Of a DNA stretch of 64,000 nucleotides, positions 38,174 through 46,276 are shown piece by piece. Every line of letters starts with the position of its first letter. Within the stretch, counting starts at the first letter, position 1. The translations under genes and the position numbers were made by a program. This DNA is from an uncultured Mycoplasmatota bacterium (lineage in GTDB: Bacteria > Bacillota_I > Bacilli_A > RF39 > UBA660): contig CAMIXH010000002.1 in assembly GCA_946402735.1 (NCBI GenBank), forward strand, positions 29,080 through 93,079, given 5' to 3'. Under the pieces are notes generated by a model. That model was not told the DNA's origin, made no database searches, and saw nothing but the letters and a program-made list of their open reading frames with translations.

Positions 38174-39807
38174 TTTTGTTCCCTCATTTTCTTAATCATT
38201 TCATGTTTCATATTTACGTATTCTGGTGTACCATCTACATAATATTCATGAGGATTAAGTGTTCTTTTAACTTCTGGATATAATGTTTTCATTTGACTCT
38301 CACAATAAGCTTTCTTTTCAAGTAATGTTGGATTTTCATATACTAACTTTCCATCTAAGAAGATTGGTTTTTGTAATCTCTTTAATTCAACATTATTAAG
38401 TGTTGTACTTTTAATGAAATCTTTTAAACTTACTATTTCAAGTTTTCTTCCATCAATATCTTTACCGCGGCTGCACATAACATCAGCAACTGCATATCCA
38501 GTTTCTTTATCATATGCTCTATATAAATCTTTGAAGTCTGGATTAACAATTTTAATTACATCTCCACTTACTTTGATCTTTGGAATAACTTGTCCATTTT
38601 CTATAACTGCTACTTCTTTATATACAGCCCCCATTCTTCCAGCTGGTTTAGAAATGTTATCTCCTACACCAAGTGAATCAAAGCATGCTCCTTGATTAAT
38701 TAAAGATTCAATTGTTTCAGCTGTAAGTCCATTACTTAAACAAATCTTAGCTTGTGGAAAACCAGCTTCATCTAACATCTTTCTTGCTTCTTTTGATAAG
38801 TAAGCTAAGTCTCCAGAGTCAATTCTGATTCCAATCTTATCTGTTCTAATACCATGTTCTTTCATATAGTTAAATACTTTAATAGCATTTGGAATTCCAA
38901 TTCTTAAAGTGTCATATGTATCAACTAGAAGTGTTGCATTGTCTGGATGATCTAGTGCAAATGTTAAGAATGCTTCATATTCACTATCGAATGTTTCTAC
39001 AAAGCTATGAGCCATTGTTCCAAGTGCTTTCATGTTATTCATCTTAGCTGCTAATACATTACTTGTTCCAGCACATCCAGCCATAATTCCATATATACTT
39101 GAATCAATTGCTGCTTCAGGTCCATCTGCTCTTCTTGCTCCAAATTCCATAACTGGTACATTCTTAGGTGTTGCTTCAATTATTCTTCTTGCTCCAGTTG
39201 CATGTTCCATAGCTCCATTTACAAATGATAGAAGAGCTGTTTCAACTATTTGTGCTTCTATTAAAGGTGCCTTAACAGTAATTAATGGTTCATTTGGGAA
39301 TACTGGAGTTCCATCAGGTATTGCATATATATCACCAGTAAACTTAAAGTTCTTTAAATAATCTAAGAATTCTTCACTGAAGTTATATCCAGCATTTTTA
39401 AAATACTCTATATCCCATTCATCAAATTTTAAATCTTTAATATATTCAATTACTTTATCTAAGCCAGCCATTACTGTGTATCCACCACCATTTGGAACAA
39501 CTCTATAAAATACATCGAATACACCTTCAACACCTTTTTTAGTTTTTACATATGTATCTGACATAAATAATTCATAAGCATCAGTCATTAATGTATAATC
39601 TCTAGCTATTCTATTTTTCTTTCTTAATGATTCAGCATGTATTTTTTCTAATCTAAGATTTTTTTCTAATTGTTCTACAGTTAACTTTTTATAAAAATTA
39701 TAAGTTCTTTCATAATTATCAAGTAACTCTTCGTAATAGTTTTCACCTTCTTCTGGTTTTCTATATCCTTTTAATTCAAATATTTGTTTAATTAATAAAT
39801 CTTTCAT
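38170..39807 (-). CDS. pncB: Nicotinate phosphoribosyltransferase with an N-terminal extension of about 65-70 aa
   Basis: The family core starts at YTLMTDAYELFM. Downstream are MEFGARRA and GTMAHSFV. The total is 545 aa. Confidence 0.87.
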   Translation of the reverse strand: MKDLLIKQIFELKGYRKPEEGENYYEELLDNYERTYNFYKKLTVEQLEKNLRLEKIHAESLRKKNRIARDYTLMTDAYELFMSDTYVKTKKGVEGVFDVFYRVVPNGGGYTVMAGLDKVIEYIKDLKFDEWDIEYFKNAGYNFSEEFLDYLKNFKFTGDIYAIPDGTPVFPNEPLITVKAPLIEAQIVETALLSFVNGAMEHATGARRIIEATPKNVPVMEFGARRADGPEAAIDSSIYGIMAGCAGTSNVLAAKMNNMKALGTMAHSFVETFDSEYEAFLTFALDHPDNATLLVDTYDTLRIGIPNAIKVFNYMKEHGIRTDKIGIRIDSGDLAYLSKEARKMLDEAGFPQAKICLSNGLTAETIESLINQGACFDSLGVGDNISKPAGRMGAVYKEVAVIENGQVIPKIKVSGDVIKIVNPDFKDLYRAYDKETGYAVADVMCSRGKDIDGRKLEIVSLKDFIKSTTLNNVELKRLQKPIFLDGKLVYENPTLLEKKAYCESQMKTLYPEVKRTLNPHEYYVDGTPEYVNMKHEMIKKMREQK

Positions 39808-39823
39808 TTTTTATTTTCCTTTC

Positions 39824-40393
39824 TTATCTAACTTCAATTCCTGCTTGACGCATTAATTTAAGTGCCATCTCGTTATATTCTTTGGCTTCATGAGTTGGAG
39901 CATCATATGTTTCAATTGCATCCTCATAAACCATAACTTTTACATCTCTATCATTTTGATCAAAGTAATTTGTTAGTGGTATTGCTAAATTCAATACACA
40001 TATATCAGTACAACAACCTGTTATAATTACTTCTCTTAATTTCTTCATTGCTTCTATATCTTTCATAAATCCAGGAGCAAACATTGTACTAGTTGAATTC
40101 TTTTCATATACAAGTCCATCTTTCTCATATGGTTTTAATTCATCAACCAACTCACTTTCTCTTGTTCCTTTAACACAATGTTCTGGAAATTTTTTAAATT
40201 CTAAACATCCAACCTCATGTGTATCTTTTATAAGTGCAACTCCTTCTTTTTCTTCTAAAGCTTTATCTACTAGAGTTTTTATTCTTGGAATAATGTGTTC
40301 AATATTTGAACTAGCCATTGCTCCCTCTCTAATAAATCCATTCACCATGTCTACTACTACAAGTAATTTTTCTAAATCTTCTTTTCTCTTCAT
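39824..40393 (-). CDS. pncA: Nicotinamidase (isochorismatase-family)
   Basis: Has LLVVVDMVNGF and the catalytic Cys in ITGCCTDICV. The start is set to the ATG at 40393, behind GAAAGGAG. The longer track ORF (to 40519) would read through the promoter. Confidence 0.85.
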   Translation of the reverse strand: MKRKEDLEKLLVVVDMVNGFIREGAMASSNIEHIIPRIKTLVDKALEEKEGVALIKDTHEVGCLEFKKFPEHCVKGTRESELVDELKPYEKDGLVYEKNSTSTMFAPGFMKDIEAMKKLREVIITGCCTDICVLNLAIPLTNYFDQNDRDVKVMVYEDAIETYDAPTHEAKEYNEMALKLMRQAGIEVR

Positions 40394-40409
40394 ATTAACT
40401 TTCTCCTTT

Positions 40410-40428
40410 CTTTTTAACATTTTGTTAA
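40410..40428 (-). promoter_or_regulatory. Operator-like box A in the 5' UTR of the NAD operon
   Basis: CTTTTTAACATTTTGTTAA is identical to box B over 19 nt. It contains the palindrome TTAACA-TTT-TGTTAA and lies between the predicted TSS and the RBS. Confidence 0.55.
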
Positions 40429-40475
40429 TAACAAAGATTATTTTTAAAGAGGTCTTTTCTCCTCTTGTTATTAAC

Positions 40476-40504
40476 ATTATATTAAAAACAGATTTGTTTG
40501 TCAA
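40476..40504 (-). promoter_or_regulatory. Consensus sigma-A promoter of the NAD operon
   Basis: The minus strand reads TTGACA (40504-40499), exactly 17 nt of spacer, then TATAAT (40481-40476). Confidence 0.8.
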
Positions 40505-40508
40505 TACT

Positions 40509-40531
40509 CTTTTTAACATTTTGTTAAAAAG
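40509..40531 (-). promoter_or_regulatory. Operator-like box B, a 23-bp palindrome abutting the -35
   Basis: CTTTTTAACA-TTT-TGTTAAAAAG has perfect 10-bp arms and lies 4 nt upstream of the -35 hexamer. Confidence 0.6.
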
Positions 40532-40628
40532 ATTTTAAAATATTCTACTCTTCTCCCATTTTACGGGCTTTTTTTATTGTAAAATTTTTATTAAATTGAT
40601 ATAATATATCATCAAATGAGGGGCTAAT

Positions 40629-41249
40629 ATGATAGATGATAGTATATTTAACAGATGGAAAAAAGAATATATTGAAGGAATTAATTTAGAAAACATTGAA
40701 TATCTAACATTAACTGAAAAAGAATTAGAATTATTTGTAAGAGAAAACTATTTTGATCAAACAACAAATAAACTAATATCTAGACAGTTAGATTCATATA
40801 GACCTATTGGTCTAACTTATTTATCATTTGATAGTATTGTTTCTAGTAGTCCTTATGAAGTTGAAAAAACATACTTAATCGGAGTATGTACTAATCAAAA
40901 AGGAACTAAAACTATTCTATCTGTTATAAAATATGTGGATAATTTTTTATATTATGAAAACTATACTATTCCTCAAACATTCTTTGGTTATGTTGAAGTA
41001 AATGATTTTTTTAGACAAAAAGGATTATGCAAACAAATAATAGATGTATTTGCAAAACAAATAAATCCAAATAACCCAGTACTTATAACTGAAGAATCTG
41101 TACTTGGTAGAAGATGCAAAACGATTAATATGGTTAAAAGTTCACTAATTCAAAATGGATTTACTCAAAGTATAAAGTCATTTGGTGAGTTTACTAGAGA
41201 ATATTATGATAATAGATTACAAATGTTATTAGAACAAAAAAGCAATTAA
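40629..41249 (+). CDS. Hypothetical protein, possibly a GNAT-like acetyltransferase
   Basis: 206 aa. FFRQKGLCKQIIDVF resembles the acetyl-CoA binding R/Q-x-x-G-x-G/A motif. It has its own promoter, TTGTAA-17-TATAAT (40578-40606). Confidence 0.5.
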   Translation: MIDDSIFNRWKKEYIEGINLENIEYLTLTEKELELFVRENYFDQTTNKLISRQLDSYRPIGLTYLSFDSIVSSSPYEVEKTYLIGVCTNQKGTKTILSVIKYVDNFLYYENYTIPQTFFGYVEVNDFFRQKGLCKQIIDVFAKQINPNNPVLITEESVLGRRCKTINMVKSSLIQNGFTQSIKSFGEFTREYYDNRLQMLLEQKSN

Positions 41250-41264
41250 TAATAATTGCTTTTT

Positions 41265-42353
41265 TTATTCATCTTCATCTTCTTCTATTTGTAATGTTGT
41301 TTCTTCATCAATTTTAACATTATTAATAGAATCAAATCTCTTAGTAATCTTTTCAGTTGTTTTATGAATGTTCTCTACATCATTACTTACTGTTTGAATA
41401 CTTCTAGATAGTTTATCCCATCTTTCTCTATAACGACCAAACTCTATTCCAAGTTTATTTAATTCTTCATGTATTACTGATGTATATTTATCTCTTTCAA
41501 GACCCATTAATACACTTTGTATAATTGTAAGTAAACTCATTAATGTAGTTGGACTAGTAATCCATACCTTTTTACTAGCAGCATATTTAATAATATTAGT
41601 ATGATATGCATTAATTTCTGCGAATATTGCTTCTGCTGGTAAAAACATAATTGCTTGATCAGATGTTTCACCTGCGATTATATATTTAGAACTAATCGCA
41701 TCTATATGTTTTTTAACATCTGATTCAAATGCTTTACTTCTTAGTTCCTTTTCAGTATTAGTTAGACCCTTCTCAACAAGTCTTCTATAATTTTCTAAAG
41801 GAAATTTTGAATCTATACATATTGTTCCTAGAGGTTCTGGTCCAAAAACAATCGCATCAGCTATTGTAGTATTAGATAGTGTATATTGAGTTTGATAAAT
41901 CTTATCATTCTTTTCTCCAAATATACTAGATAAAATATGATATAAATTAACTTCTCCAAATATACCTCTACTCTTTTTATCAGTAAGTATACTTTCAAGT
42001 GATACTATTTCATTTCCAAGACCATCTATTTTCTTTTGAGCTTCATCTATTCTAGTAAGTCTTGCCATAACTTCATTAAATGTTTTACTTGTTTTATCAA
42101 AACCATCTTCTAATTTTTCATTTACTTTTTGATTCATTAGATTTAGTTTACGTTCAATTCTATCATTTAATTCATTAAAATCTTTATTTAAATCACTAGA
42201 AAAGTCATGTTTAAATTCACCTATTTCTTTAACTACATTTACTTCTGTTCTAGATATTTTTTCTTCTAATTCATTATTATTTTGTTTCTTAAATATTAGT
42301 ACTATTTCTAAAATAACTACTACTATTAATAAACCCATTAATACATATTCCAT
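41265..42353 (-). CDS. rmuC: DNA recombination protein RmuC
   Basis: Has an N-terminal TM, a coiled coil, and a C-terminal nuclease-like region (DAIVFGP...CIDSKFPLENY) typical of RmuC. Confidence 0.82.
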   Translation of the reverse strand: MEYVLMGLLIVVVILEIVLIFKKQNNNELEEKISRTEVNVVKEIGEFKHDFSSDLNKDFNELNDRIERKLNLMNQKVNEKLEDGFDKTSKTFNEVMARLTRIDEAQKKIDGLGNEIVSLESILTDKKSRGIFGEVNLYHILSSIFGEKNDKIYQTQYTLSNTTIADAIVFGPEPLGTICIDSKFPLENYRRLVEKGLTNTEKELRSKAFESDVKKHIDAISSKYIIAGETSDQAIMFLPAEAIFAEINAYHTNIIKYAASKKVWITSPTTLMSLLTIIQSVLMGLERDKYTSVIHEELNKLGIEFGRYRERWDKLSRSIQTVSNDVENIHKTTEKITKRFDSINNVKIDEETTLQIEEDEDE

Positions 42354-42363
42354 AACTTCACCT

Positions 42364-42975
42364 CTATAAATCTAATTTAAATATTTTCTTTACTAATAAA
42401 TATATTATATAACATAATGCCATACTTATTACTATTTTAACTATTATTATAGGATTAGTAATACTTTCAACAAGACTTGTTCCAATATAACCCCAGAAAT
42501 ATACCATAGATATTTTACCTATTACCAAAGCTATAAAGTATTTTTTAAAATCCATCTTGCATAAACCAGCTACTATGTTTACTACAAATGCTGGTGTAAA
42601 TGGCATTGCTATTACTAATACTAATTTGCCAAGTGATATATCTTTAAACATCTTTTTATATCTTTTAATTAATTCTTTATTCTCAGTTAAATGATCAAAC
42701 TTTTTACCAAAACCATTTCTAAAAATAAAGAATGATATACAACAACCTATTATAGTAAAAAACCATGATACTAAAAATCCCCATACTTTACCAAGAACTA
42801 ACATAGTTATTGTTATAAATACACCAAGTGGTAAAAATGGAAGTATTGATTCAATAGTCATCATTCCACACGAAATAAAAACACCTAGTGTTCCTGATCC
42901 TTGTATGAATTCAACTACTTTTTCTAATAATTCTACTATACTTTCCATACATAAGATTATAGTACAAAACACCAT
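42364..42975 (-). CDS. TVP38/TMEM64 (DedA-related) family membrane protein
   Basis: Polytopic and about 200 aa, with the pattern F.....P..P......G...G. The start may be the internal Met (MESIVELL). Confidence 0.7.
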   Translation of the reverse strand: MVFCTIILCMESIVELLEKVVEFIQGSGTLGVFISCGMMTIESILPFLPLGVFITITMLVLGKVWGFLVSWFFTIIGCCISFFIFRNGFGKKFDHLTENKELIKRYKKMFKDISLGKLVLVIAMPFTPAFVVNIVAGLCKMDFKKYFIALVIGKISMVYFWGYIGTSLVESITNPIIIVKIVISMALCYIIYLLVKKIFKLDL

Positions 42976-42988
42976 TTATTTCAACGTA

Positions 42989-43018
42989 CAAAAAAAGAGA
43001 TGTTTTAAACATCTCTTA
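42989..43018 (-). terminator. Rho-independent terminator ending the T4SS-type operon
   Basis: The minus strand reads AAGAGATGTTT-A-AAACATCTCTT followed by TTTTT. The stem includes the coupling-protein stop codon. Confidence 0.8.
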
Positions 43019-45406
43019 TTCATCTTCACCACCGAAGAAATCATCAAAGAAATCTTCATTATTAGTATGATTATTAACAACAACACTATCAACATCAATA
43101 TTAACTTTTGGTTTTTCAACATCCTCATATGTAGGTTCTTGTTTTACTCCATCCATTGGATTAACTCTTACTGGTTCTTCATCTACTACTTCAACTACTG
43201 GTGCTGGTTTATTAATTTCAACATTTACTACAGGTTTTTCTTCTTCATGTAAACTTGGAACTATTTCTTCTAACTCTTCATCATCATCACTTGTAATATA
43301 TGTAGGTTTAGTCTCAGTTTTTTCAGTTGTATTAATATTGATATTTACTGTTGGTTCAGATTTATGATCAAGTATATCATTAATTTCTTTCTTGATATCT
43401 TTTTCATCTCTAATAGCAGTATTTTCAATTTCTTTTTCTTCTTTTTCTTTTGCTGCTAATTTTTCTCTTTCTTTTCTTTCCTCTTCTTCTTGTTCTTTTT
43501 CTAGTTTAGCAATTTGTTCATCAAGTTTCTTAACATAATCATCTAAACTAGTACTCATCATTGGTTGACTTCTCATTCCACCAGGAACATATCCTCCACT
43601 CATTGGCATACCCATCATATTAGGCATACCCATTCCTCCTGCCATACCTGGCATACCTGGCATTCCTGAAGGTTGTTCTCCTTTTAATTTAGTAACGAAT
43701 CCTTTTAAGTCAAATACTTTTATTTCACGACGTGGTCTAGTAGTATATCCCATATCTTCATATTTTTTACCCCAATCTATTTGCCAGTTTGGAGTTAATT
43801 TTGTTTTAAAAGGCATACTTCTAAATCTATTAAATATAACTTCATTTTGTTTTAAAGCTTGTAAATCACTAACTGTGAATAATGGTCTAATTGGTTGAGC
43901 TGGCTCATCCTTTTTAGGTTTATCTGGTTTTTTATCACCAAGTAATTTACTAATTTCTTCTAAGGCAGCTAACTCTGTAGACATGATATATACAAAGTTA
44001 CCACAGTTACCTTTAATTGTTTCTGCTACATCTTTTCCATAAACTTGATTTAATTGTGAAAAGTTTTGAATAGCAAATGTAAATCTTATATTTCTTGAAC
44101 GAGATGCTGTAATCATAGTACCAATATCATTAAGTGCTGGCATATTAGCAAACTCATCAAGAATAAAGTTTGTTCTATATGGAAGTTTTAATTTTGGACA
44201 AGTTTGTGCTACCGCAATTAAAGCTTCATAACATTGTTTTACGAATATTGTTGCAAGTGCATGATATGTAGTTTTTTCATCATGTACTTTTAAGAATACT
44301 GCTGTTTTTTCTTTACCAATATCCCTAATATCGAAATCACTATATGATAGCATCTCTGATAAGTTCTCTTGACTTGAGAAAATTCTTGTCTTTGTTCTAA
44401 ATGTAGACATGATACCACCACGTGTTTCATTAGGTGCATTAATACAAGATGCTGCAGCTATATATGCAGGAGATAATTCTCCTTTACTCTTAAAGTATTC
44501 TTTAATATAGTTAGATGAACCAAATCTATCTTCACCTACTTCAGCCATCATGTTAACGCTATTGATGTTTACTTCATCTTCAGTAGCATCATCAAATAGT
44601 CCTAATGATAAACCAGTAAAGAAGTTAGATGCTGTTTGTTCCCAGAATGGCTCAGCTTTATTATTTGGGTCTACCAAAATGTTTTTAGCAAGGTCTTGTA
44701 ATAACTCATTTGCTTTATCTACATTACCTTCTTTATATATTCTATATGGATAACTAAATGGGTTCCATGCACTTCCTTCATTAGGATCACGGAAGTTTAA
44801 TAGAATAATTTTATATCCTTTTTCTTGTAATAATTTTCCACAACCTTCATAAAGTTCACCTTTAGGGTCAGTAACGATAATACTTTCGCCATGACGAGCT
44901 AATATATTAACAAGTGGGAACATTAATTGTTGAGTTTTACCAGAACCAGAAGCACCCATAACTAATGCGTGTGGTTCTCCACTATCATCTACCCAAGCAT
45001 CAGTTCCATTATTTATAAATGGAAGACCACCTCCTGGATAATCTTCATCTTTTAAGTGAATCTTAACAATACCACGTTCTTTTTTCATTTCACGTTCACT
45101 TAATAGTTTACTATATCCATCATTTTTACTCTTTAATTCAGTTGTAAAACCAAATCCTTCTTCTCTTTCAAAGAAATATGATGAACAAGCAAGCATCAAA
45201 GCGATTAATGTTAAGAAGTAAAATACTAATGTATAGAAAATAAAGTCAGAACGAAAAGCAGGGCCTGGATTTAGTCCCCAAATTTCACCATCAACAGCAA
45301 AACTATGTAAGTTTAATACTGCGATTGCTACTAAATATAATAAGAAAATACAGAATATTACAAATATTACAACGTCTTTCTTTTCTGCCCTGAACTTTAA
45401 CTTCAT
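43016..45406 (-). CDS. virD4: Type IV coupling protein (VirD4/TraG family) with a long low-complexity C-terminal extension
   Basis: Has two N-terminal TMs, Walker A (MGASGSGKTQ), VTDPKGELY and Walker B (FILDEFANMP). The C-terminal ~200 aa contain GMPGMPGMAGGMGMPNMMGMPMSGG, a coiled coil and an acidic tail. Confidence 0.85.
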   Translation of the reverse strand: MKLKFRAEKKDVVIFVIFCIFLLYLVAIAVLNLHSFAVDGEIWGLNPGPAFRSDFIFYTLVFYFLTLIALMLACSSYFFEREEGFGFTTELKSKNDGYSKLLSEREMKKERGIVKIHLKDEDYPGGGLPFINNGTDAWVDDSGEPHALVMGASGSGKTQQLMFPLVNILARHGESIIVTDPKGELYEGCGKLLQEKGYKIILLNFRDPNEGSAWNPFSYPYRIYKEGNVDKANELLQDLAKNILVDPNNKAEPFWEQTASNFFTGLSLGLFDDATEDEVNINSVNMMAEVGEDRFGSSNYIKEYFKSKGELSPAYIAAASCINAPNETRGGIMSTFRTKTRIFSSQENLSEMLSYSDFDIRDIGKEKTAVFLKVHDEKTTYHALATIFVKQCYEALIAVAQTCPKLKLPYRTNFILDEFANMPALNDIGTMITASRSRNIRFTFAIQNFSQLNQVYGKDVAETIKGNCGNFVYIMSTELAALEEISKLLGDKKPDKPKKDEPAQPIRPLFTVSDLQALKQNEVIFNRFRSMPFKTKLTPNWQIDWGKKYEDMGYTTRPRREIKVFDLKGFVTKLKGEQPSGMPGMPGMAGGMGMPNMMGMPMSGGYVPGGMRSQPMMSTSLDDYVKKLDEQIAKLEKEQEEEERKEREKLAAKEKEEKEIENTAIRDEKDIKKEINDILDHKSEPTVNININTTEKTETKPTYITSDDDEELEEIVPSLHEEEKPVVNVEINKPAPVVEVVDEEPVRVNPMDGVKQEPTYEDVEKPKVNIDVDSVVVNNHTNNEDFFDDFFGGEDE

Positions 45407-45460
45407 CTATTTATTCACCCCGATACAAAAATATTATACACTATAAAATATTTTTTTTCA

Positions 45461-46267
45461 CTAATATTCTAAATTTTTGCTATTTAAAATTTGATATTTA
45501 AAGAATTTACCACTATTATTTATCTTAAACTGTATTTGTTTATGAGTGGTTTTACCATTTAATACCCCTTTTACTATATTAATAGCACTAGGAGCATTAC
45601 TATTTTTAATAGATATATTTAACTCATCTATAGCTTGTAATTCTTTAGGAGTATCAGTTATATAATATTCAAATAAATATAAATTAGTAGTTACTATTCC
45701 TTCTTTAACACTAATAGCATCTACCATAATTTTTATTTCATTGTTATAATCACGAGCTACATTTCCAAAGTTAAAACAATAATTATTACCCCTAGATTTA
45801 ACATATTCATAATAACCATCTAATAAATCAATATTTTCAGATATTTTAACTCCGTATAACTCTTCAAATGAATCTATAACATATTTACTTCTCATACAGA
45901 AATTACCTGTACTATAATCAATTGAACTTAAATACTTTTTATTATTTAATTCAAATGCAAATATATAATTCCATACCATTTGTTGTAAAGAAGCACCACT
46001 ATAAAACTTATAATTATAATTTGAAATTAATGCTTCTTTACCAAATAGATAATCTGTCTCTAATCTATCCTTGATTTCTGCATATGTTGGACTAGATTTA
46101 TCGCTCACATCTTTTTCACTAATATTTAAATTGTCATAATCTGGAAAATTAGTTTTATCTTCTTTATTACTACTTGCGCTAGCTAATATATATACTAGGA
46201 TTATAAATAATATAGCTACTCCGGCTACGATTAATCCGGCTTTTAATTTTGATTTATCTATCTCCAT
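45461..46267 (-). CDS. Membrane-anchored T4SS accessory protein (VirB8/TcpC-like by position and topology only)
   Basis: 268 aa with a single N-terminal TM and an extracytoplasmic globular part. It sits between the hydrolase and the coupling protein. No sequence motif was recognised. Confidence 0.35.
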   Translation of the reverse strand: MEIDKSKLKAGLIVAGVAILFIILVYILASASSNKEDKTNFPDYDNLNISEKDVSDKSSPTYAEIKDRLETDYLFGKEALISNYNYKFYSGASLQQMVWNYIFAFELNNKKYLSSIDYSTGNFCMRSKYVIDSFEELYGVKISENIDLLDGYYEYVKSRGNNYCFNFGNVARDYNNEIKIMVDAISVKEGIVTTNLYLFEYYITDTPKELQAIDELNISIKNSNAPSAINIVKGVLNGKTTHKQIQFKINNSGKFFKYQILNSKNLEY

Positions 46268-46276
46268 ATTGCCCTC

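Noticed and set aside
40394-40519. The N-terminal 41 aa of the 231-aa track ORF for the nicotinamidase.
   Set aside because: The extension would be translated through the consensus promoter and both operator boxes. A strong GAAAGGAG RBS precedes the internal ATG at 40393, and the family core starts right after it.
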